A stretch of DNA of 64,000 bases. It comes from Eledone cirrhosa. Lineage: Eukaryota. Positions 39,278 to 52,425 of this stretch are shown piece by piece; the first letter of the stretch is position 1; each line of letters begins with the position of its first letter. The notes beneath the pieces are model-generated. The model did no database searches. It saw only the letters and a list, made by a program, of their open reading frames with translations, and was not told the origin of the DNA. Made by a program: the position numbers and the translations under genes. Location of the stretch: the NCBI GenBank assembly GCA_964016885.1, contig OZ024742.1, positions 146,568,001 through 146,632,000 of the forward strand, in the 5' to 3' direction.

Positions 39278-39449
39278 TACTTACATCCCTTCATGCATAC
39301 TATCCCAATTAACTCCTTCCTCTATTAACTCTATGTGATACACCCCCACCACTATCACAACCACTCTACACAATTTCACAATCCTTTTATCCTGCACACA
39401 GGTGCAACTTCCATTCATCTCATTTTCAATGTGTAAGAGCAAACTTTCC

Positions 39450-40290
39450 ACTTTCACTACTCAGGTTTCCCTGTCATATAATATTATACTTTTAATAGAT
39501 GCTATATACAGCCTCAGTTTCCCATGTAAATTGAATATGTTGCTTCTACAACATAAGGAAAGATGGGAAAATATTCTGTAAACTTTTCAAAATCTGAAAC
39601 TCCTTTTGGCTTCATTTCTCTTTGTTGGATTCAATTAGGACAGAACAGTGAATACAGAGTGTATCTAATACTTCATGTCATCTCTAATAATAGATTGAGA
39701 TCTTTACATGAGGATTGCATGTCCAGTCTGTTGTATTACATAAATAGAAATGTCACTCTACCTTAAATCACATTACACTAACTGCTTGCACTTGCCTACA
39801 CAAAATTGGATATCCACCTGTTCCACCTCCAATATCCAGTGAACGGATTGCTGTCACTCTACTATTGTGATAGGAACAATATTTGCTTAATCAATAAACA
39901 TTTTGTAAGTTGATGATGCTGTTTTTAACATTCGTTGATCATTTTACAGCTGGAGATATGGAATTCTTATTTTTCTTCTCTCTGTATTATGCCCTCCATC
40001 CATATTCTTTTCATTAGTATCATGGTGTGATGGTGTATTTAGCAAGATGACTTGGACAGTTTACAATTGTTTCACAGTTGCCATGGTTTATATATTTATA
40101 TACTGACTACTTGGAGAAAAGAAATAATCACACAGGAATTGGTAAATATATCTTCATGATTTTACCTGAAGACTAACCTTTAAGGTGTTTGCTGAGAAAC
40201 AAATACTCTGATATGATTGAATATTCTGTTTCCTGGCCATAATACAATTCCTGGGTCTTACAATTAATTTTCAGAAATAAATAAATTAAT
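39450..40290 (+). pseudogene. Possible highly degraded rhodopsin-like GPCR or other multi-TM pseudogene
   Basis: Cross-frame fragments in plausible order: KIFCKLF, WRYGILIFLLSVLCPPSIFFSLV, FTIVSQLPWFIY; many stops and frameshifts. Confidence 0.25.
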
Positions 40291-40360
40291 AAATAAACAA
40301 GAATTTCGAGAATTTTGTAAAACAACTTTTTCATTATTAAGCTGTCATTATTTTTCCAAA

Positions 40361-40550
40361 CGGCGGTGGATTGGCAGTGTCGGTAGAGGGTCTGACGCCA
40401 TGCTTTGCAGCATAGAGTTACGGCCCTTTATGGTCTGAGTTCAAATCCCGCCGAGGTTCACTTTGCCTTTCATCCTTACGGGGTGGATAAAATAAAGTAC
40501 CAGTAATACACTGGGTATTTGCCGGCCTTGTGCCAAAAGTAAAAACAATT
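40361..40550 (+). mobile_element. Nin/Deu-like SINE
   Basis: Full head GGCGGTGGATTGGCAGTGTCGG; TSD ATTATTTTTCCA; older relic follows at ~40560-40660. Confidence 0.9.
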
Positions 40551-40909
40551 ATTTTTCCAGCTCTTTGTGTTCTGAGTTCAAAACCCACTGAAGTTAATTT
40601 TGCTTTTCGTCTTTTCAGGATTGATAAAATTAAGTGACTGTCAAGTACTGAGGCTGAGATAATTGATTAACAAATACTCCAAAAGACCTGACCATATTAA
40701 GTTGTTGCTTGTTTTCTGTGTGTATCCATTTTAGAATAGGTACACTGAATCCCTGCATGTCATATAAGGCAACTAAAAGTGTTCATGACAAGAAGGTCAT
40801 CCAATTATAAAACATTGCTTCACAAATCACCCCATAATATGTATGAAGCATGATATGAGGCTCGCAAGGCTAACCCCTGCTTTAGCAGGGAAAATTGCTT
40901 TAAAATACT

Positions 40910-41460
40910 TCTTCTTCTTCCTTATCCCTCATTTATTCCGGGGGGGGGGGGGTTAAAGTCCTCAGGCACACCTTCCAGTAGGTCCTGTCTCCAATTGATC
41001 CAGCTGGGTCTCCTGTCAGTTGGTTTTGCCTATAGTATTTTTCTAGCAATTCCTTCCTGAAACATTCTAACTACATGTCTAGTATCAGAGCTGTAATCTC
41101 TCAATTCAGAGAAGTAGATCTACCTGAAACGACTCTCTGATCTCTGAGCTAAGTACTCTATGGAGTAACGTTTCTCCAAAGACCCTTAGGAAGAACCCTA
41201 TTTTGGCTGCTTGTATTCACAATCATATTCTTTCAGTTATTACCCAAGATTATAGGTTAGGATTGGAATGAATATTAAATTGAAGATAGTGAATTTGGCC
41301 TTTACACTTACCTCCCGTCTTCTGAAGACCAAATGCTGAAGCTGGTGTATTACTGCACCAGCTCCTACAATTTTTGCACTTAATTCAGGGTCCAGAAGGG
41401 AGAAAACTTTGACTTGTTGTTGCATGAAGTTATTATTTGGAAACATAATTTAACTAGAGG
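40910..41460 (-). mobile_element. Second RTE-family LINE 3' fragment
   Basis: AGAVIHQLQHLVFRRREVSVKAKFTIFNLIFIPILTY; (GAA)n tail near 40910; same family on + strand at 51130-51700. Confidence 0.7.
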
Positions 41461-42063
41461 TTCTCATGAAAAGCTATGAATAGAGGGTTCTAGCTTAAAT
41501 AGAAACATGTTTGTACATCTATACAGTTACTCTTTTATTACTTGTCTGGCAAGTATGAAAAAGGCTACGTGTTGCATGGAGGTGTGTAATGGTAAGGGAG
41601 TTGAACTTAAGATCATAATGTTGTGGGTTCAATTCCTGGGCTGGGTTGTGTGTTGTGTTCTTGAGAAAAATACTTCATTTCACTTTGCTCCAGTATACTT
41701 ACCTGAAAATAGCTGAGGATTTAACCCTGCAATGGACTGGCATCCTGTCCAGGGGAAAGTTGTGTACTCTCAGTCGCTTCATGCCACAAAATCAGGATAA
41801 GCACTGGCCTGACGAGCCCTCTGGCCTGAGACAGACTTTAGACTTTGCTAAAGAGGTATGAATTTGTGGCTATGCTGGCATAAGATTAAATAAAATTGAT
41901 ATAAGGTTTGTGTTAAAGCTTTCTCTCACTAAAGCCAGAGTCAGCACCTATTACCTACTTTAACCAGATTTAACCATTGAGCTTATATTTCCCTATCCTA
42001 ATTACAGAGGAGGATCTTGTTTACTAAGACAATTTTTTTGTGCACTATATATATTTGTATACA

Positions 42064-45000
42064 CTAGCAGAAGAACCACCCCTCAGGCAGTTTTCTGCTA
42101 GTATATATAGTGTGCATATTGATATATGCAAATATATATGCACATAGCTATAATACATAACTTGACAATATGCAGATAAACTGAACAAAGACTGTGTTAC
42201 ACTTACTTCTGTAATCAGTAAAGTAATCCATGATACATTTAAAAAAAAGGAGATAATGGAGATGGAAAAGTGATGAAACTGTTGACAGAAAATGTTCATG
42301 AATCTTCACTTGAGAATGTCGAAGGGAAGCTTCAAGCAGGGAATTTGAAAATAGATGCTGCTGGTATGAATGAATGAATTACATTTACCAATATGAAGAG
42401 TTGACCTTCGCTATATTGTTGTTTTACTGTATTCACATATAGACTTCTTAAGTTTTTGTAGTGTCCCTTTCTAGCAGTTAAAAAGTAACTGAAATGCATT
42501 TCAACTAAAAGAGAGTGATAGCCGTAGAATTTCTTTGTAGACACAGTTGTCAGCAAACAGACCCCTTTCATTTAATATTTTTATATTTTCTTTTTTTGTA
42601 ACTCGTGATAATGTAACATACATTTGACCATGTTAGAAGAATTGTGTTGGTAGATATACACTTATCTTTTCAAATGTCTGCCCTTGTGCCTTGTTGCATG
42701 TAAGGGAAAAGGCTGGTTTGACAGGAAATTGCTTGCGAATAAAGGTGAAAGGGAGCTGAAGCTCTTGCGATAAATGTGGTATCCTTGGGATTAGCAACCT
42801 TGTTCCAGCATTGGGACCCAATGCCACTTCAATTACATGATTATGTAAACTGATGATAATGTAGCATGTACCATTGCAATGCCCATTTAGAGGATCCAGA
42901 TTTCTCAGAAGCATGATGCAACTGCCTTTCTTCAGATTAAGTATGTGTGTTGGGAAGCCTGATGGGGTAAGTTTGTTGGTGAACTCAATTGGATATTGCA
43001 GTTCATTATCTACTGTATCAGAGCTTCTGTAGATTATTTCATGATCAGGGAACTTATTGACCATGAACTCATTCACCAATCTTGCTGCATCATTTGTTGG
43101 AGTGATAATGGCTCTATTTGCAAGCTATAGTGGGTTTGTGTAGTTTCCTGGAAGATTTGTATACACAAAATCACACAGTCCAGACACATTACCATATTCC
43201 AGACAAAGTTCATTTGGCAGAAGAATTGTGAATGCACCTACATGTTACCATTTCCCACATCAAGAAGGTAGTTTGCAAACTGTCTTTCATCAGAATCCTC
43301 TGCATTAATTAACTGTTGATTGGTTGTCATCTCCATGGTTTCCACATAGTCCCAGAGATGGGATCTCTTGATGGTTGCCTCAACTATTTGTGGTCTAGCA
43401 CTATGATGTACAACTGGAAGAATTTGCTTCCAGTCACCAGTTAGCAATATTGTTAGACCACCAAATGGCTTTTTCCAATCTCGAACATCTTTGAAGCTCC
43501 TGTCAAGGCATTCAAAGATATGCTTATGTCCCATACCTATCTCATCAATGATTAGCAGGTCAATTTGCTGCATAAGTTTACCTGTGTCATCCCTCTTTGT
43601 GAAGAAGCAAGTTGATTCAGCAGTCACAGAGGAATCTTGCACTATTCCAGATATGGCAGTGGCAAGTGCAATTTTTTTTAGATCGGAGGTAATCCAATAG
43701 GATGTTTATGACATAGGTCTTTCCTGTACCTGCACTTGCAGTCAAGCAGAACATTCTGCCTTCATTTTCATTTACAGAGGTGATTACTTTGTGAAAAATA
43801 CCCAGTTGCTCAGGATTCAATGTTGGCTGAAGTTCATTTATGTTTGCTTGCAGTTGGTGTGTATTGAAATCAGTTTCTGCCATAAGAACCGTGTTGATTT
43901 CTGGTATGGCAACAATAGTTGGGTCTGGCCGAGGAAGTTCATAGTTGGCATGAATGTCCAAGCCATCATGTTGAAGTCTTTGTTGGATCTTCTGTAGAAC
44001 AATTTGCACGGTTTGCATGGACATGACTTGCTCATGACGTTCATGCATGATATCCTCTGCAAGACAATTCTTCCATTTCTCCTAGAACTGCAGAGAGTCA
44101 TTTTGCACGTTGTACAATAAAATGGTGCAGAAGATTTCTCGCAGCTGAGGACCAAGCCTAATGGACGAGGCCTCTTCCATAGCTTTGTCTTTTTCTCCAT
44201 CTTCATCTAACAGACCAAGTTTCCTGCATGCTTCTTGGAATGTTGGAAATTCAACTCCTTCAATTGTCCTAAAATCTTTGTATGAAGTTGACCTAGCCTT
44301 GTGATGTAGGATCATCCTGAAGTAATATAATTCAGATTGATGTCTACTGAGAGATACTGTTGGAATGCGTCCAAGAGATTCACTCATAAATTGTTGATCA
44401 CCATTCGGATGTCCCCTTTTTTTTCTTTGCCACTTTTTGTTTGTCCAAGTGAAATATTTAGGAATATCAATATACAATATGTTTTGTTCCAGTGGGTCTC
44501 TAATATTCAGTTGAAAATATTCTGTCAACTTAGTCATTGGCTGTCCCCTAGAAACAATACTTTCTTCCTGCCCTCGCTCATATATGACCATTTGTTCCCT
44601 AGGTAAATGGCAAGGCAACTTTTCAACTGGCAGTTTTCGATGATGTAATGGAAATTTATAGATTCTCCAGAATGCTTCACTGGCTGAGATGTACCGTGCA
44701 TTGATATAGGTCTCAATCTCATTTTGGGAATGGACACAATTTCCTTGATCAACCTTAATAGTGAAAGTGATCTTGTTTGATCCTTTTGTGATGTACTTAT
44801 ATAAGTACTTAACAACCTTGACACTGTGGACAACCTTACAATTGATGTGGCACTGATATCTCAATGAGAGGAAAGGGTTGTATGGAACAATCCAACGATT
44901 ATCAACAGTAAATTCTTGACCATGCGCAGTATGGACCGGCCTTCATGCATGCGCAGTACAGACCGGTCTTCGCATGTGCAGTACAGACTAGTCTTCACAC

Positions 45001-46210
45001 ATGCGCAGTATGGACCAGTGATTGCCCATGCGCACTTCGGACCAGCCTTCGCGCATGCTTAGTACAGACCAGCCTTTGTGCATACGCAGTACAGCCCGGC
45101 ATTCGCAGATACGCAGTACAGACCAGCTTTCGTGCATGAGCACTACGGACCAGACTTCGTGCATGCGCATTTTGGACCAGGCTTCGCACATGCGGACTTC
45201 AGACCAGACTTCACGCATATGCAGTATGGACCAGTCTTCGCGCATGCGCAGTACGGACCAGCCTTCGTGCATGTGCAGTACAGACAAGCCTTTGCGAATG
45301 CGCACTTTGGACCAGACTTCGAGCATGCAGACTTCAAACCATGCTTCGCACATGCAAAGTACGGACCAGCCTTCGCGCATGAGCACTTCGGACCAGATTT
45401 AGTGCATGCGCAGTACGGACCAGCCTTCATGCATGCGCAGTACGGACCAGCCTTCGCGTATGCGAAGTACGGACCAGCCTTCGTGCATGTGCAGTATGGA
45501 CCAGCCTTCGCGCATGCGCAGTATTGATCAGCCTTCGCACATGCGCAGTACGGACCAGCTTTCACGCATGCACAGTATGGACCAGACTTTGCCTATATAT
45601 ATGTCTATGTACGAATAGATATATTTGTGTGTGTGTGTGTGTGTGTCCGTTAGATGTATTATTGCATTTCATGAATTACGAAGAATTTGCAAGTTACTTC
45701 ATCCTGGGTGAATAATAGCTTTACTAACCTCGGAAGACGATTTGTGTGTGGTGTGGTCCGGAGTACGGACCAGCCTTCGCGCATGCGCAGTACCGACCAG
45801 ACTTCGCGCATGCGCACTACGGACCAGATTTAGTGCATGCGCACTTCGGACCAGACTTCGCGCATGTGCATTTCGAACCAGACTTCGCGCATGCGCAGTA
45901 CGGACCAGAATTCGCGCATGCGCACTTCGGACCAGCCTTCGCGCAGGCGCACTTCGGAGCATATTTCGCGCACTTCGGACCAGCCTTTGCGCATGCGCAT
46001 TTCGGAACAGACTTCGCGCATGCGCACTTCGGATCAGACTTCGCCTATATATATGTCTATGTATGAATAGATATATTTGTGTGTGTGTGTGTCCGTTAGA
46101 TGTATTATTGCATTTCATGAATCACGAAGAATTTGCAAGTTACTTCACCCGGGGAGGATTAATAATAGCTTCACTAACTTCGGAAGACGATTTGTGTGTG
46201 GTGTGGTATG
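42064..46210 (-). mobile_element. Helitron (Rep C-terminus + Pif1 helicase), internally deleted pseudogene
   Basis: VDNRWIVPYNP, CHINC...KYLYKYITKG, RYISASEAFWRI; ASAGTGKT, IIDEIGM, FGGLTILLTGDWKQILPV, LRNLDP..GHCNGT, RKQFPV..AFSLTCNKAQGQT; 3' hairpin ending CTAG|T at 42064; 5' boundary uncertain. Confidence 0.92.
44921..46045. repeat. 27-bp CpG-rich minisatellite (CTTCGCGCATGCGCAGTACGGACCAGC) in two blocks
   Basis: Blocks 44921-45590 and 45760-46045, each followed by the same ~165-bp segment (45593-45757, 46045-46207). Confidence 0.92.
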
Positions 46211-46279
46211 TATGTGTGTGTGTGTGTATATATAAATATATATATATATATGTGTATGCTATTACATTTATATATATCT

Positions 46280-49200
46280 AATCAATGGACGTAGAACAGT
46301 ACTTAATCTAAACTATAATAAAGTAAGAAGCACGAGACTGCGTATGGTTTATAATTGTTTATCCCATTAGTAAAATAAGTTGGATTACTTTGAATAAATA
46401 ATGAATGAATATTACATAATTTATCTACTAAATTTCGTGGCTGTTCATTAAATATATTTTATTACTTATTTAAAGATTCACTTCTTTATAATTTTCAAAT
46501 GTCAACACTTCCGGTTAGTGATCGTTTAAATCAATATTCATATATTTCTATCACTAATTTTCTCCTAATGCAGTTTATATATAATATCGTCTTTTTTTTA
46601 TGTATCATGGATTACGTTACTGATTACATAAGACAGTGTAACACAGTCTTCGTTCAATTTCTATGTATATTGTCAATTACGATTTTATTTGATTATATCT
46701 ACATGCATATATACTTGTGCATAATATCAATATACATACGACACATGCTAGCAGATATATAATATCGTCTTTTTTTAATGTATCATGATTACATAAGACA
46801 GTGTAACACAGTCTTCGTTCAATTTCTGAGTATATTGTCAATTACGGTTTTATTTGATGTATCATATCTACATGCGTATAATATCAATATACACACTACA
46901 CAAGCCAGCAGAAAACCACCCGAAGGGTGATTTTTCTGCTAATCATATTAAATGAGTTTTTTTTTAAATAGTTAATAAATAAATAGAGTTAATAAATAAA
47001 TAAAGAGTTAATAAATAAATAAAACGTTATACTTGTTTACCCTCCCATTTCCAATTAAACTGAACGCTATCATGACTGTATGTGTGTGTTTGTGTAAATG
47101 TATATGTGTGAATGTATGTATGTTTGTGTGAAAGTACGTCCGCGAGTGTGTATTTTTGTAAGTTTGTGTTTGCATGATTATAGTTATATACTCATAATAG
47201 TTATATACTCATACATATAGATGTATGTATGTGCACACTCGTACGCGTCAATGTGTAGAAAATCATTATCTCTCTCATCACAAGATTCTAAATTGATAAA
47301 GAATTGAATATTAGCTGTATACTTTGTGAAATGTTTTATGGAATTTATGCAAGCAGATAGAAAACAAGTCAGTGCGTCTATTTATTATAGAATCTAGATT
47401 AGAAATAATGGTAATTTTTTCATTTAGACAGAGATTGCAGATTTTGGATAGAGAACTGTTCAAGTATAAAGATGCAGAAGAAACCTTCTTCCAAAAGATG
47501 CTATATTTAATATTTTTCTCTTTCAAGGACCATATGAGTTCTGAGAGAGCCGTGTTGGTTCTTTTAAGTTTGTATTTAAAAGACGAATGATGGTTATAAA
47601 GACGAGCTTTAAAAGAGGTGGAAGTGGAGCCAAAATAGGTGAAGGAATTGGTGTCAGTTATAACTTTACATTCGTAAATTAAGTTTTTATCAAGACAATG
47701 GTTGTTGAGAGGACATTTATTTTTAATAGGGCAATTGCAATTGCAATTAGAGAGATTATTAATGAGTGACCTAGTGTTATCTATAGAAGGAATTGGATTG
47801 GAGAAGTTATTTGCGATAGGAATAATAGTTTCTTGATTTAGAATGGGATTAAGAACATTTAGCGAAGTTGTGTTTGACGTTGTATTTGGGTTTGTAGAAA
47901 TTAGCCTAGGGTTTACAATGACGTCGGGAGTACTATTATTATGATATTCAGTGTTGGAAGGAAGAGATTTAGTATTTAGTATTTTATTGTTGTGTTTAGA
48001 GATAATGTTGGAAATGTTGGAGGATGTAGAATAGGAAAATTTTATAGTGTGTTTGTTAAATATTTTACTATAGATATGTGAGGGAGGGAAGCATTTATTT
48101 AAGGCACTAAAGAATAATTTAGGAATATTGTTATTAATAGAGATGGAGAAAGGAGCATTATACCAGATTATGTTTTTGTATCTAGGTCTTTTATTAAAGT
48201 TATTGGAATGATCAAGATTAATTATTCTACTGTAATTTCTTCTAGAATTTGTTTCTTTACTATATTTGATTTTATCAGGATAGCCGGCTTTAGAAAGCGC
48301 GTTATTATAGTAATTGGCGTTAGCATCAAAGATGTTTTTATTAGAAGATAGGTTAGATATTCTTTTTCCAATATTACTAACTATAGCATTCTTGATATTA
48401 GTAGGATGGTTAGATTTAAAGTTAACATAATTTAGGTTCTCATTGTTTTTATGGTAAGGGTAATATAGGCCAGTGTCAAGATTAAGAGATACATCCAAGA
48501 AATTAGCTAGTTTGATGCTGTTATCAAATTCAATTTTTAGGTTATGTTGGTATATTGTTCTTAATAATATTAAGGTTAACTATGTTGCAATTTAAGATAG
48601 TAAAGAGTCCATCGTCACGATAAATTCCACCGCGAAGTTGAGGAATTTTCCGACTCAAAGAGTTCAAAATAAAGATACCAATTAAATCAGTCAATTGGGA
48701 TGAATTGGATGCTCCCATTGTGATGTCGAAGTTGTTAGAGGTATCGGCTCTGGTCCAATATTCGTTGTTGAACTCTAGGATGGTTTTACGTGCGGTGAGA
48801 ATGATGTGAAGTTCATCTGTGGTGATGTCAGAATATTTAAGTGCGAAAGATAGAGCATTATTGAGAAGTGAAGGCGAAATGGAAGAATAGTAGCTGGCAA
48901 TATCAAATTGAACAAATTTTAGTTTGTTTTTATTATTCAATTTGTTGAACCAGCTAATCACTTCAGAAGTACCAAACCATAAATTTAGGTTCAAAGAAGA
49001 GCAATTAGAACGAACCTGTAGGATAATTCTATCCAAGATGGCTTTACTAACAACCCCCAGATCTGATTTAGAGGGGGCGATTAATCTAACAGGTAGTTCA
49101 GTGCGAAAATTGTTTTTGTGATCCTTGAGATTTATCCTCGGAGTTCTTGGGAGGAATGGTTCTGTCTTTTTTTCAATGCCAAGTTTTGACATAATCTCAG

Positions 49201-49755
49201 AGGCTTCAAAGTTTATGTATTCTAAATTTTCATGGTTGGTTTTACGATATTTTTTCCTAAGTTCCTTTAGGATAAGGTTGTTATAATTATCCTTGGAAAT
49301 ACCATATAAGTTATTGGTTTTGTCAGAGTGGACTAAAACATTTTTTGAGGAATTTAGGTTAGAAATTGTGTTCTTGAGCTTTACAAGGTGCTCTTGTCCT
49401 TTGTAAGGGTATCTCTTGAATTTAAGATTTTTTATAATTTTAGTTAATTCTTCCTCGAATTGCACTAGATTTTTGTTGGAAGGAGGATTTCTTCTAGAAT
49501 TAAATAGATGATCGAGGAAGTTATGTTCTTTGGTATAGAAGTTCCCTTTTAGGCGCTGGTCATAGAAATAGGCTATCCATCTAAGTCTTCTTACGAAGGA
49601 GTCAGTTTTTTCAATTAGAAGTTTGGTGAATTCAGATTTACCAGGTATAGGAATGTCTTTAGTTGAATTGGTTATGTTGTAGTAATCCATGTTGTAGAAG
49701 AAGAAAGAAGTAAAAGACCATTGCTTTATTGTACTACAATAAAACTCACCTCCTA
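46280..49755 (-). mobile_element. Penelope-like element 3 (RT + C-terminal GIY-YIG), one frameshift
   Basis: SDKTNNLY, LKDHKNNF..RLIAPSKS, FDIASYYSSI, FDITMGAS, IYRDDGL, FLDVSLNL, CNC..KNKCPLNNHCL, NLIYECKV...YFGSTSTSFKARLYNH; break ~48500-48545. Confidence 0.92.
46583..46942 (+). mobile_element. Helitron 3'-terminal fragment with partial tandem duplication
   Basis: Homologous to the reverse complement of 42064-42240; ends in hairpin CAGCAGAAAACCACCC-GAA-GGGTGATTTTTCTGCT; ~175-bp tandem copy. Confidence 0.75.
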
Positions 49756-50154
49756 CATATATGTATATATATATATATATACATGTGTGTGTGTCCATGA
49801 ATGTATGCATGCATGAATACAGTAAGCTATAAATTGAGTCTAACTATTAGCACCAAAGGCTTTGTTTCAGGAGGGTACCATGGGACACGTCCCCGCCCTC
49901 TACCTTTTCAAATGTCTATGTTTTATTTTTAGTTTATTTGATTCAATAAACTCTTTTTAAGCTTATTTTTTTATATCCAAACTTCATTTGAATATATCAA
50001 ATTTAATTAGTGTAAAATGTTACTTATGTGATAGGGTCCGAGAAAGGCACCATAAACAATATTAACATGCTCCTTTAAGAATCAACAAATGTTGGTTTGT
50101 ACCCCTCACATTTTTAAGGCAAACAAAACCTCTGGTTAGCACTATCATACATTT

Positions 50155-50397
50155 TGGTTTCTATTAATTCCCTAGGGAATTGTTTGACCAAATGCTTTGC
50201 TTATTTTTTTTTTTTTTTATTTTATTCTTTCTCTAAAAGATATTTTTTGAAAGTAAAGCATTGGCCCCTAAAATACTACAGTGGGCTTCCTGCAATGCTC
50301 CCATGGGCCCCTGCAATACTACCATGGGTCCCTGCAATGCTACCATGGGTTCCCTGAGGCCCACTTGCCATTGGGCAACCTGGCCAGTCTGCCACTG
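50155..50397 (-). mobile_element. TIR element end (same family as 21692)
   Basis: CCCACTTGCCATTGGGCAACCTGGCCAGTCTGCCACTG is the reverse complement of the 21692 terminus; contains short CCCTGCAATGCTACCATGGG repeats. Confidence 0.6.
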
Positions 50398-51129
50398 TAT
50401 ATATATATATTACAACCTTCACTTGCGTGTGTCTGTTTATATTTATGTGTATGTTTTCTAGTGTTAACCACACTGTTGGGTTGCATCTCTTTATCTTAAA
50501 TCTGCAGCTTAGTTATTTGATAAATATAGATTGATAAAATAAGTACCAGATAGAAATGCATGCTGGGGTAGACATGGTCAGCTGAAAACTATTGAGGGTT
50601 GTGTCCCAGCATGGCCACAGCCAAATGACTATGACTAGTAAAAGAATAAAAGAAGACATTTCTTTGAAATATATTAGTTAGAGGTCAACACTGGTCAGCA
50701 ACAATATTTCATATTTAGAAGTCATTGATGTAAATACTTTCAGATTATATTGATTAAAAGTGAACTGTTTGGCGATGTTTGCTACTTCACACACAGTTAT
50801 GAATGTGATGAATGTCATAGAAGTTCTTATGGTTTTTAACAACGTTAATGGACATTAAGTGGGGAAAATATTCTCTGGAAATTCCTGCAAAATTCAGCCA
50901 TTTCAGATTGAATTCAACAATTAATATTTAGAATTAATGAACTGAAAGTTTTCAAAAAATATATTTGTATTTCTTTCAAAAGTCTTTGCTATGAAATTGT
51001 TTAAATTATGGATTGTAAATTATTGATTTCATCTGCCTCTTTGACAAAATGCAAATTTTTCAAGAGAAGAAATACAGTGTGGTAGTTATAGTTGACTCAG
51101 CTATATTTCAGGTATATTTCAATTATGTT

Positions 51130-52425
51130 GCAATGTATTGCAGCTCCAACATGCACTTAATAGGCTTGCTGCTGAGTGCTGCATGGCAGGAATAGAAATC
51201 AGAGCTGTGAAGTCTGAGACATTCATCCTCTCAAGGAAGCCTGCACAGTTCACTCTACATGTGAGTGGAGCTCCACTGAAGCAGGAGGAGAGGTTCAAGT
51301 ATATCAAGTCATGTTCATGAGTAATGGAAGGCAGGATGCTAAATTAAGTGCAAGAATTGAAGGAATTGGTGCAGTAATGCACCAGCTTCAGAATTCAGTC
51401 AACAGAAGAAGGGAGGTAGGTTTAAAAGCCAAACTTATCTTCAATTTGATATTCATGTCAACCTTTATATAAGGTCATGAATCTTGAGTACAATCACAAA
51501 TACAAGCTGCCAAAATGGGGTTCCTCTTAAGGGTTTTTGGAGTGTCGTTAATCAATAAAGTGTGTAGCTTGGAGATCAGAGAGTCATTCCAGGTAGAGCA
51601 GCTACTTTTCTGAATTGAGATATCACTGCTCCAGTACTACAGACATGTGGTTAGAGTATCTCAGGAAAGAATCACTGGACAGATTTTATGGGCAATACTA
51701 ATTAGAGACACTAGCTTCTGTTTGAGGACTTGGCTCTCACATCCCTCCCAGGAATAAGTGAGCAAAGAAGAAGAAATAGAAGATATAACAGGTATATTGC
51801 TGATTTATTGCAATTGAGGGAAAAAGCATCTGATATAAACCTCTTCAAGTCACAGGAAGGCTCCATAGAAGTGGTTGATAGATTCTGCTATTTAGATGAC
51901 TTAACTAGTAGTAAAGGAGGAGGAGGCTTCAAGAGCAAAATAGCTAGAATAAGGATAGGATGGAAGAAGTTTAGAGATATACTCCTACTGTTGATAACAA
52001 AAGGTTTCTCCCTACATACAAAAGGACAACTGTATGATGTCTGAGTGCAATGCTGCATGATACTGAAACATGGGCATTGACCATAGACTGGAGAGAAATG
52101 AAGCAGCCATGCTTCTTTGGATGTGCAATGTAAATGTGAGAGAAAGGCAGAGCTTGGATGAACTAAAGAGAAACTGGGTTTAAGAGGAATCTGAGGTAGT
52201 GTGCAGGAGAGAAGACTGCGTTAGTATGGACATGTGATGATCAATGAGTGAAGAAGTGCCAGTGGAAGGAAGCTGCAATAGAGGTAGATCAAGAAAGATC
52301 CGGGCAGAGGTGATGTAAGCTGACCTCAGATTTTTGTGACTAACAGCATGGAGAGATGCTGTGCTGAGCAGAACCCATCCAACCTTGCAAGCATAGAACA
52401 AACATAAAAACAATGATGATGATGT
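51130..52425 (+). mobile_element. Two adjacent degenerate RTE 3' fragments
   Basis: LQHALNRLAAEC...LKQEERFKY (51130-51700); EGSIEVVDRFCYLDD...RIGWKKFR and (TGA)n tail (51830-52425). Confidence 0.75.

Noticed and set aside
44921-46045. CRISPR-like 27-bp repeats and AHAQYGP ORFs
   Set aside because: No unique spacers, no cas genes, eukaryotic context; head-to-tail minisatellite
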